Below, in pieces: positions 29,430 to 40,897 of a DNA stretch of 42,794 nucleotides. The stretch is from positions 1 through 42,794 of the forward strand of contig JBDTPR010000001.1 in NCBI GenBank assembly GCA_039932635.1, in the 5' to 3' direction. The stretch's first letter is position 1. Each line of letters opens with the position of its first letter. The notes below the pieces were generated by a model that was not told the DNA's origin, ran no database searches, and saw only the letters and a list, made by a program, of their open reading frames with translations. The position numbers were made by a program, and so were the translations under genes. Origin of the DNA: Candidatus Solibacter sp. (GTDB lineage Bacteria; Acidobacteriota; Terriglobia; Bryobacterales; Bryobacteraceae).

Positions 29430-30274
29430 TGGCGGCTTCCTCCCGCTGCGGTGCGCAATTCGCGATCGGCGAGAAGTTCGAGGAGTTGCGAGAGCACCTG
29501 GACGCGGTCCTCGCCGTTGAGTGCGAGTGCGAGTTGGGCGACGAGGAGCCCGTAGCGCGCGCCCAGATCGTACCGCCGGCCTTCGTCTTCAAGGGCGAGG
29601 TACTGCTCGTTGCGCGCTACTTCGGAGAGCGCGGCGGAGAGAGTGGGCACGCCCTGGGCGAGGACCTCCATGACGTGCGGGGTGAGCACATGAATGCCGA
29701 AGTAGCAGAGGTAGTAGCCGGCGCGGATGCCGGAGACCATGAGACGCTGTTCCGCCTCCGTGGGCGTTGGCTTCTCGATGATGGTGTCGATGCGATAGAG
29801 GTCGCTGCGGCCTTCGATGCGTCGGCCGGCGACCGTGCCGAAGCGCGGCAGCAAACTCTCGCGAGTGGGCTGTACGCCGCTGACCGAACACTCGGCGGCT
29901 TCAGCCAGCGCGACCAGGCGGTGCGTGGAGGGCTCGGCGCCGGTGGAGATGTAGAGATGATCGCCGACCATGTGGAGGAAGGGGTCGGCGCCGGTGAAGT
30001 CGCGGGCGCACAGGATGGCGTTGCCGTAGCCCGCGGGCGTGGGTTGGGCGACAAAGCGCACGCTGGAGGCGTGGCGCCCGGCGGCGTCGGCGTAGCGCGC
30101 CTCGTCGCCAGGGAAGACGACGACGCAGATCTCCTCTATGTTGGCGGCGAGGGCCTGCTCGATGAGGATACTGAGGACAGGCTTCTCCTGGCCGTCGCGA
30201 TCGATCAGGGTTTGAAGCGGCAGCGCACGCTGGCTCTGGCCGGCCGCGGTGATGACAGCTTTCTTGATGCGCAA
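29426..30274 (-). CDS. sugar-phosphate nucleotidyltransferase-fold protein (GalU/RmlA-like) with degenerate signature
   Basis: [21 protein letters not shown]... aligns to the K-A-V-I-P-A-A-G-x-G-T-R-x-L-P opening of GalU-type enzymes, but reads G-Q-S-Q-R. The 282-aa length fits the family. It is translationally coupled to the 1102-aa fusion gene. Confidence 0.75.
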   Translation of the reverse strand: MRIKKAVITAAGQSQRALPLQTLIDRDGQEKPVLSILIEQALAANIEEICVVVFPGDEARYADAAGRHASSVRFVAQPTPAGYGNAILCARDFTGADPFLHMVGDHLYISTGAEPSTHRLVALAEAAECSVSGVQPTRESLLPRFGTVAGRRIEGRSDLYRIDTIIEKPTPTEAEQRLMVSGIRAGYYLCYFGIHVLTPHVMEVLAQGVPTLSAALSEVARNEQYLALEDEGRRYDLGARYGLLVAQLALALNGEDRVQVLSQLLELLADRELRTAAGGSRQ

Positions 30275-30358
30275 AGGGGCTCCTGGCGGGCAATCGCTGC
30301 CCAGAAGGTTATTGTAGCGATCACTCGCCCAACTCGCGGAAGATCTAGGAAGGCGATT

Positions 30359-31792
30359 CTATGCCAACATCTTCTGCACGACCTTGCCTTCCACGTCGGT
30401 AAGGCGGAAATCGCGGCCCATGTGGTGCACCGTGAGACGCGTGTGATCCAGCCCCAGGCAGTGGAGCAAGGTAGCCTGGAGGTCGTGGACGTGGACTTTG
30501 TCTTCCACCACATTCATGCAGAGGTCGTCGGTCTTGCCGACTACGGTGCCGCCCTTGATGCCGCCGCCCGCCATGAAGAGGCTGTAGGCGAGCGGATGGT
30601 GGTCGCGGCCCGCATTGTTAGCGTCGCGCGGATTGCGGATCTCGCACATCGGCGTGCGCCCGAATTCGCCGCCCCATACGACCAGCGTATTTTCGAGCAG
30701 GCCGCGCTGCTTGAGATCTTTGATCAGCGCCCCTGTGGGCTTGTCGGCGACATCGCAATGGGTCTTGAGCTTGCGATTGAGATCGGTGTGGTCGTCCCAA
30801 CTCGCATGGTTGAGCATGACGAAGCGCACGCCGCGCTCCACCATGCGGCGGGCCAGCAGGCAATTGGTCGCGAACTGTTTGGTGGGGTCCTCATTGACGC
30901 CGTACATGGCGAGCGTCTCAGGACTTTCCTTCGAAAAATCGAGAAGTTCGGGGGCCGCCATTTGCATGCGGAAGCCGAGCTCGTAGGAGGAGATGCGCGA
31001 GGCGATCTCCATATCGCCGGTGTTGGTGTAGTGCTCCTCGTTGAGATCCTTGAGCACGTCGAGTTCGGCGCGCTGCATCTCGCGGGTCACGCCCGGAGGA
31101 TTCGAGAGGTAGAGCACGGGATCGCCCGCGCTGCGGAAAACCACGCCCTGATAGGTGGATGGCAGATAGCCGCTCGACCAGTTGGAAGTGCCGCCGCTGG
31201 TGCCGACGCCGGAACTCAACACGACGAAGCCGGGCAGGTTCTGCGACTCGCTGCCGAGGCCGTACAGCGTCCACGCGCCCATCGTCGGACGACCCACCTG
31301 TATGCTGCCGCCGAAGAGCATTAACTGGCCGGGATGGTGGTTGAACGCGTCGGTGAACATGGAGCGCACCAGGCAAAGATCGTCGGCGCAGCTTCCGATA
31401 TTGGGGATGAAGTCGGAAAACTCCGTGCCACTCTGGCCGTGCGGCGTGAAGATGCGCGGACTGCCGAGTACGGCGGCGTTGGGCTTGGTAAACGCCAGAC
31501 GCAGGTCTTTGGTGAGTTCGGCGGGCAGCGGCTTACCGTGCCACTTCTGGAGTTCGGGCTTGGGGTCGAAGAGATCGATCTGGCTGGGTCCGCCCTCCAT
31601 GAACATGAAGATGATGTTCTTCGCCTTGGCTGGGAAATGGGCTTTGCGGGGAGCTAGCGGATTCTGTTCGACGGCGGCGGCGCGCGCGTCCTGCTCCAGC
31701 ATCTGCGCGAGGGCGATGGTGCCGATGCCGCCCGCGCAATCGCGGAAGAATTTGCGGCGGGATTGAATCCTGCGGAATTGTTCCAAATCCAT
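30359..31792 (-). CDS. DUF1501 domain-containing protein (sulfatase-fold), Tat-exported
   Basis: Tat leader QSRRKFFRDCAGGIGTIALAQ. Family blocks NIIFMFMEGGPSQIDLFDPKP and GRDHHPLAYSLFMAGGGIKGG. It starts 4 nt after the stop of the PSCyt/DUF1553 gene. Confidence 0.9.
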   Translation of the reverse strand: MDLEQFRRIQSRRKFFRDCAGGIGTIALAQMLEQDARAAAVEQNPLAPRKAHFPAKAKNIIFMFMEGGPSQIDLFDPKPELQKWHGKPLPAELTKDLRLAFTKPNAAVLGSPRIFTPHGQSGTEFSDFIPNIGSCADDLCLVRSMFTDAFNHHPGQLMLFGGSIQVGRPTMGAWTLYGLGSESQNLPGFVVLSSGVGTSGGTSNWSSGYLPSTYQGVVFRSAGDPVLYLSNPPGVTREMQRAELDVLKDLNEEHYTNTGDMEIASRISSYELGFRMQMAAPELLDFSKESPETLAMYGVNEDPTKQFATNCLLARRMVERGVRFVMLNHASWDDHTDLNRKLKTHCDVADKPTGALIKDLKQRGLLENTLVVWGGEFGRTPMCEIRNPRDANNAGRDHHPLAYSLFMAGGGIKGGTVVGKTDDLCMNVVEDKVHVHDLQATLLHCLGLDHTRLTVHHMGRDFRLTDVEGKVVQKMLA

Positions 31793-31796
31793 GGCG

Positions 31797-34355
31797 TTAG
31801 TCCCTTGTGATGAATTCGTCCAGATTGAGGAGGACGCGGCTCAACTCGACCCAGGCCGCGGCTTCGGCCTGCGGCACACCTTCCAACTGGTTGGGGAAGA
31901 GCGCGGGCACGGTCTGCGGATTGGCGGTGAGGCGGCGGCTGGTCTCATCGAAAAACTTGCCCAGACGCTCAGCCTCGCGCTGCGAAGGTTCGCGCGCCAG
32001 CGTGATCGCGAAGGCATGATTGAGACGCTGGCGGAAACCGCCCGACGCCTCGCGCATGATGCGGAAGGCGAGCGCCTGCGAAGCTTCGAAGAAGACCGGG
32101 TCGTTCATCAGGTTGAGCGCTTGCAGCGGAGTGTCCGTGCGCTCGCGGCGCGAGCAGGAGAGGCTGGCGGAGGGCGCATCGAAGCTCATCAACTGCGGAT
32201 AGGGTACGGTGCGCTGGAAAAGAATGTAGAGGCCGCGGCGATAGCGATCGGGGCCGGTGCTCTCTTCCCACTTCACGCTGCCGTTATACGAAAGCTCGGC
32301 GACACCCTTAGGCTGCGGCGGCCTCACGCTACGGCCACCGATGCGCAGATCCAGCAGTCCGGCGGCATAGAGCGATTCGTCGCGGATGAGTTCGGCGGGC
32401 AGGCGCAGGCGCGACTGGCGCGCAAGCAGCAGATTGTCGGGATCCTTCGCGGCGAGCTCGGGGCGGGCCTTCGAGCTCTGGCGATAGGCCGCGGACGTCA
32501 CCATCAGGCGGATCATCTGCTTCGTGCTCCAGCCGCGCTGAATGTACTCGGAGGCCAGCCAGTCGAGCAGTTCGGGATGGGTGGGACGGTCGCCCTGGGT
32601 GCCGAAATCTTCGCTGGTGAAGACGATGCCGCGTCCGAAAACTTCCTGCCACAGGCGGTTGACTGCGACGCGCGAAGTCAGGGGGTGCTCGGGCGAGACC
32701 AGCCAGCGGGCCAGTCCGAGACGGCCGGTTTCGCGGGCGGGCATGGGCGGTAGCACGGCGAGCGTGCCGGGTTGCACTTCGTCGCCGCGCTCGCGCCAAT
32801 CGCCCTTGACGTGAATATAAGTCTTGGGCGGCGTGTCGTTCTCGATCAGCACGGGGGCATAGCTGACGGGCGGCAATTTGGCGTTCAGCTCGCTGAGCTT
32901 GGTGCGCAATTCGGCGATCTTGAGCGCGTCGCAGTACTCCTTCCCATAGAGGTTGCCGCAGGAACCCAGGAAGACATCGAGCATCGCGTTACGCTGCAAT
33001 TCGGTGCGTTTCGCGGGGTCCAGGAAGAGCACCTTGCGAGCGTTATCGACAGTGTGGGTGAACTCGCCGTAGGCGAAATCCCAATCGTCGTGGGTGCCGG
33101 GATGGAGCGCCGAGTCGCGGAGTTTGGCTTCGTAATCCACCAGGTTCTCGGGGATCTTATACTCGGCGAGCAGCGCCTGTTTCTTGAGGTCGAATTCGGG
33201 CTTGGCGGTCAGGTAGGGGCCGAGTTCGCCGGGCAGCGGCGCCTGGACGTTGACCTCTTCCTGGGTGTTGAAGTAGGCGGTGAGTTGATAGAACTCTTTC
33301 TGGCTGATGGGGTCGTATTTATGGTTGTGACACTGCGCGCAGCCCACCGTGAGTCCCATCCAGACGGTGCCGAGAGTGGCCGCGCGGTCGAGCACTTGCT
33401 CGTCGCGGAACTGCTCGGGGTCGGTGCCGCCTTCGCGATTGGTGAGCGTGTTGCGATTGAAACCGGTGGCCACCAGAGTGTCGAGATTGCGTTGCGGCAG
33501 CAGGTCGCCGGCGAGTTGCTGCGTGGTGAACTGGTCGAAGGGCAGGTCGCGATTCAGCGCGTCGATCACCCAGTGGCGGTAGCGCCAGGCCCAGGGACGC
33601 GCGCGATCTTTTTCGTAGCCGTCGCTATCGGCATAGCGCGCGAGGTCCAGCCAGTACCGCGCCCACTTCTCGCCATAGTGCGGCGAATCGAGCAGACGGT
33701 CCACCATGCGCTCGTAAGCGTCGGGCCGGGCATCGCCCATGAAATCGCGGACCTGTTCGGGCGTCGGCGGCAGGCCGGTGATGTCGAGGCTGACGCGGCG
33801 AAGCAAAGTGAGTTTGGGTGCTTCGGGCGAAGGCGCGATGCCTTCCTTGTCGAGGCGCGCGAGGATGAAATTGTCGATGGCGTTGCGCGCCCATTTGGTG
33901 TTGCGGACAGCGGGCGGGGCGGGGCGCTGAATCTTCTGGAAGCTCCAGTGCGGCGCGCGGGCTGTCCACTCGACGCCCTGGTCGATCCACGCGCGCAGCA
34001 GTCCGACTTCAGCGGCAGTCAGGTGCGCGCCCATGGGAGGCATGAATTTGTTGTCCACGCCGGCCACGCGGTGAATCAGGCGGCTATCGGCGCTCTTGCC
34101 GGGGACGATGTCCTTGCCCGCGGCGCCACCCTTGAGCGCGGCGTCGTTTTGATCCAGGCGCAGGCCGCTCATCTGCTGCTGCGGGCCATGGCAGGCGTAG
34201 CAGCGTTTAGCGAGCAGAGGCTCGATATCGCGGGCGAATTCGATCTTGGCGGTGGCGGCAGGCGGCAGCGCGACGTCGGCGGCACGTAGCGGCACAAATG
34301 CCGTCAGGCAGACGAATGTCCCACCCAGTATCCCCAGTCTCAGCATCGCACCCAT
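31797..34355 (-). CDS. PSCyt1/PSCyt2(DUF1549)/PSD1(DUF1553) planctomycete-cytochrome-type large protein
   Basis: Preferred start is MGAMLRLGILGGTFVCLTAF at 34355; the ORF extends to 34463. Blocks: FARDIEPLLAKRCYACHGPQQ (PSCyt1), ARNAIDNFILARL (DUF1549), GCAQCHNHKYDPISQKEFY, and a DUF1553-like C-terminal half. Confidence 0.9.
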   Translation of the reverse strand: MGAMLRLGILGGTFVCLTAFVPLRAADVALPPAATAKIEFARDIEPLLAKRCYACHGPQQQMSGLRLDQNDAALKGGAAGKDIVPGKSADSRLIHRVAGVDNKFMPPMGAHLTAAEVGLLRAWIDQGVEWTARAPHWSFQKIQRPAPPAVRNTKWARNAIDNFILARLDKEGIAPSPEAPKLTLLRRVSLDITGLPPTPEQVRDFMGDARPDAYERMVDRLLDSPHYGEKWARYWLDLARYADSDGYEKDRARPWAWRYRHWVIDALNRDLPFDQFTTQQLAGDLLPQRNLDTLVATGFNRNTLTNREGGTDPEQFRDEQVLDRAATLGTVWMGLTVGCAQCHNHKYDPISQKEFYQLTAYFNTQEEVNVQAPLPGELGPYLTAKPEFDLKKQALLAEYKIPENLVDYEAKLRDSALHPGTHDDWDFAYGEFTHTVDNARKVLFLDPAKRTELQRNAMLDVFLGSCGNLYGKEYCDALKIAELRTKLSELNAKLPPVSYAPVLIENDTPPKTYIHVKGDWRERGDEVQPGTLAVLPPMPARETGRLGLARWLVSPEHPLTSRVAVNRLWQEVFGRGIVFTSEDFGTQGDRPTHPELLDWLASEYIQRGWSTKQMIRLMVTSAAYRQSSKARPELAAKDPDNLLLARQSRLRLPAELIRDESLYAAGLLDLRIGGRSVRPPQPKGVAELSYNGSVKWEESTGPDRYRRGLYILFQRTVPYPQLMSFDAPSASLSCSRRERTDTPLQALNLMNDPVFFEASQALAFRIMREASGGFRQRLNHAFAITLAREPSQREAERLGKFFDETSRRLTANPQTVPALFPNQLEGVPQAEAAAWVELSRVLLNLDEFITRD

Positions 34356-34537
34356 TATATTCCCCGCGGGGCAGGAGTATCCTAACCGCTTTCCCGATCC
34401 GCATCGCTCCCGCAGTGGGTGGTGGCTTGCCGCCCATTTAAAAAGGGCTACGCTGCTTAACAAAGCTTTCCGCCGGCGTCGACATTGTGCGGGCTAAACG
34501 GGCGGCGAAAAGCGGCGTGTGCTGCGTCAGCAATAGT

Positions 34538-34999
34538 ATGAGTCCCACATACGATGCTGTGCTCAACCCACCGTCCCGGCTGCGATCCGGCGACCGCGTT
34601 TCCATTCTGACCGTGCTTTGCGATCCCGGCGAGAGAACCGGCTTTTTGTCCCAACTCTGCCGCCACAAGTGGGATATTCAAAGCGCAACCAGCTTCGAGA
34701 AGGCATTGGCCTACCTGCGCGCTTCAACCGTGGGCGTCGTGGTGGCGCAGTACCAGCCCAGCGGAAGGCTTTCCTGGCGCACGCTGCTCGATGAGTTGCA
34801 CCGCTCGACTCCGGCGCCTCGTTTGATTGTGACTGACCAGCTGGCCGACAAAGCCATGTGGACGGAAGTGATGAACTCGGGCGCGGACGATCTGCTGACG
34901 CAGCCCTTTGCCCGGGATGAAATTTTCCGCGTGCTTGCCCACGCCTGGTGCTCTTGGAAGGCGGAGTGTAATTCCTGGCGCAACCGTGCGCGGAGTTAG
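34538..34999 (+). CDS. stand-alone CheY-like receiver-fold protein lacking the phospho-acceptor Asp (pseudo-receiver)
   Basis: ATG at 34538; a GTG at 34487 is also possible. The receiver topology is readable: VSILTVLCDPGER / VGVVVAQYQPSG / PRLIVTDQ / GADDLLTQPF. The positions equivalent to CheY D57 and K109 are both Gln. Confidence 0.6.
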   Translation: MSPTYDAVLNPPSRLRSGDRVSILTVLCDPGERTGFLSQLCRHKWDIQSATSFEKALAYLRASTVGVVVAQYQPSGRLSWRTLLDELHRSTPAPRLIVTDQLADKAMWTEVMNSGADDLLTQPFARDEIFRVLAHAWCSWKAECNSWRNRARS

Positions 35000-36783
35000 A
35001 CCGCGCACTCGCCCCGGCCCAACTTCAGCGAGTAGGCTTCCGTGTCGCCCCAATCCTGATAAAGTTCGGGGAAGAGATCGGCAGGCTTCGCCAGGTCGGC
35101 GGTCAGCGCGCGGAAGGTCTCGATTTTGAAGCGCAGAACGTAGTCGCGGAAGCTCTCGTTCTCCAGGCGGTTGGCCTGGAAGTGTTCGAGGACACGGCGC
35201 ACGGCCTCTGGCCCGAGCCGCGCGGGGATGGACTGTATGGCCATGCCGAAGCGCATGATGCCCTGCTCGTCCTGTCCGCCGCCGAGCAGCATTTGGTAGT
35301 AGGGAACTTCGCGGCCATCGATCTTGCGAGCGTTGCCGTAGAAGCCCAGGTCGGCGATCCAATGGTGCCCGCAGGCGTTGGGGCAGCCGCTGGCTTTGAT
35401 GGTGAGGCGCTTGATGCGCGGGTCGTCGTATGTGCGGACGGTCTCCTGCAGCGCCGCGCCGAGATTCATCGTCTTGGTGATGCCGAGATTGCAGGTGTAC
35501 GCGCCGGGGCAAGTGAGCACGTCGGCGATTTCGCCCGCGCCCACGCCGCTAGCCAGATCGAGTTCCTTGAGCGCCGCATAGACCTGCGGCAGGCGGGCCA
35601 GCGGGAGGAAGGCCAGCACCACATTCTGATTGATCGCGACGCGCAGGAGTCCGTCGCCGGCGGTGCCGGACAGGCGGGCGAGACCGCGCAACTGATCGCC
35701 TGTGAGATTGCCCTGATCCACAGTGACAGTGACCGAGGCATAGCCGGTCTGCTTCTGCTCGCGCACGTTGCTTTCGAGCCACGCGTCGTACGCGGCGTCG
35801 CCGGAAGCGGGCTGATTCACCACGGGGAGCAGCGCGCCGTTACCGAGCGGCTTGGGATTGGATTCGTAGCCGCCAAAGCCTTCGGGTACAATCTCGGGCC
35901 ACGCGATGCCGCCGTTCTCGCGGATGTCCTCGAAATTCTTCTGAATCTCCTCCTTCATCCACGCGATGCCGCGATTGCGCATCACGAATTTCATGCGCGC
36001 GGTGTTCTTGTTCTCGCGGTTGCCGTACTTGTTGAAGAGGCGGACCACGGCCTCGCACCAGGGGAGCAGTTCTTCCTCGGGAATGAAGTCGTGCAGCAGC
36101 TGCGCTTCGGTGGGCAGGGGGCCGAGACCGCCGCCGATGATCATGCGGAAGCCGCGCTTGCCGTCGCGGATCAGGGCGCGCAGGCCAACGTCGTTGATGG
36201 CGCCCTGGATGCAATCGCGGTTGCGGCAGCCGTCGAACGCGAACTTGAATTTACGTGGCAGATTCTGCGTCAGGTCCTGACGGAGGAACGCGTAGGCGAG
36301 CCGCTGCGCGTAGGGGCGCACATCGAAAACTTCGTCCTGCGCGATGCCCGACCAGGTGCAGGCCGTCACATTGCGGACGGTGTTGTAGCAGGCCTCGCGA
36401 TTGGTGAGCCCAGCGTCGGCCAGGATGGTCATGAGATCGGCCACTTGGTTGAGCGGCACGAAATGATACTGGATGTTCTGGCGGGTGGTGAGGTGTCCGC
36501 GGCCGCCGCCGAACTCGTCGGCGATCTGGGCGAGGGCGTTGATCTGGGCGGTGGTCAGGAGGCCGCTTGGGATCTTGCAGCGCACCATTTGGACGCCGGC
36601 CTGACGCTGCCCGTAGATGCCGTGTTTCAGGCGGTAGGGGCGAAAATCCTTGTCGCTAATCTCGCCTGCCAGGTGGGACAATGCTTTGACCCGGAAAGTT
36701 TCGATTTCTTGCCGGACCGTTGTATCGTATTGATTCTCAAGCTTTTCCCGTTGAGCAAGGGCTTCCGCGGTGGTTGTTGCCAT
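34996..36783 (-). CDS. ferredoxin-dependent sulfite/nitrite reductase hemoprotein (Sir/NirA type)
   Basis: Start MATTTAEALAQREKLENQ at 36783, an internal Met of ORF 34996..36810. Nitrite/sulfite reductase repeats are present, with the siroheme-[4Fe-4S] cysteines TCPGAYTCNLG and SGCPNACGHH. Confidence 0.9.
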   Translation of the reverse strand: MATTTAEALAQREKLENQYDTTVRQEIETFRVKALSHLAGEISDKDFRPYRLKHGIYGQRQAGVQMVRCKIPSGLLTTAQINALAQIADEFGGGRGHLTTRQNIQYHFVPLNQVADLMTILADAGLTNREACYNTVRNVTACTWSGIAQDEVFDVRPYAQRLAYAFLRQDLTQNLPRKFKFAFDGCRNRDCIQGAINDVGLRALIRDGKRGFRMIIGGGLGPLPTEAQLLHDFIPEEELLPWCEAVVRLFNKYGNRENKNTARMKFVMRNRGIAWMKEEIQKNFEDIRENGGIAWPEIVPEGFGGYESNPKPLGNGALLPVVNQPASGDAAYDAWLESNVREQKQTGYASVTVTVDQGNLTGDQLRGLARLSGTAGDGLLRVAINQNVVLAFLPLARLPQVYAALKELDLASGVGAGEIADVLTCPGAYTCNLGITKTMNLGAALQETVRTYDDPRIKRLTIKASGCPNACGHHWIADLGFYGNARKIDGREVPYYQMLLGGGQDEQGIMRFGMAIQSIPARLGPEAVRRVLEHFQANRLENESFRDYVLRFKIETFRALTADLAKPADLFPELYQDWGDTEAYSLKLGRGECAV

Positions 36784-36870
36784 AGGAGACCTAAACCGGA
36801 TGCAGTGCAATCATCCGTATATCTATAGAGATTAGCGTATTTGAAGGTCGGGGGCAAGCGGGGAAGGAGA

Positions 36871-36894
36871 AGGGCGGCCGCGGTGGGCCGCCCT
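36871..36894 (-). terminator. GC-rich hairpin downstream of the 1329-aa gene (candidate intrinsic terminator)
   Basis: agggcggcc (36871-36879), loop gcggtg, ggccgccct (36886-36894). It sits 14 nt after the stop at 36908. On the minus strand the stem is followed by tctccttcc, a weak pyrimidine/U tract. Confidence 0.5.
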
Positions 36895-36907
36895 GATTGG
36901 GTTCGTT

Positions 36908-40893
<3,986 letters not shown>

Positions 40894-40897
<4 letters not shown>

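Noticed and set aside
34362-34371. Perfect 10-nt palindrome CCCCGCGGGG just upstream of the PSCyt gene start.
   Set aside because: It is too short and too GC-rich to be distinguishable from chance in this genome. It may simply contribute the purine-rich ribosome-binding region on the minus strand.
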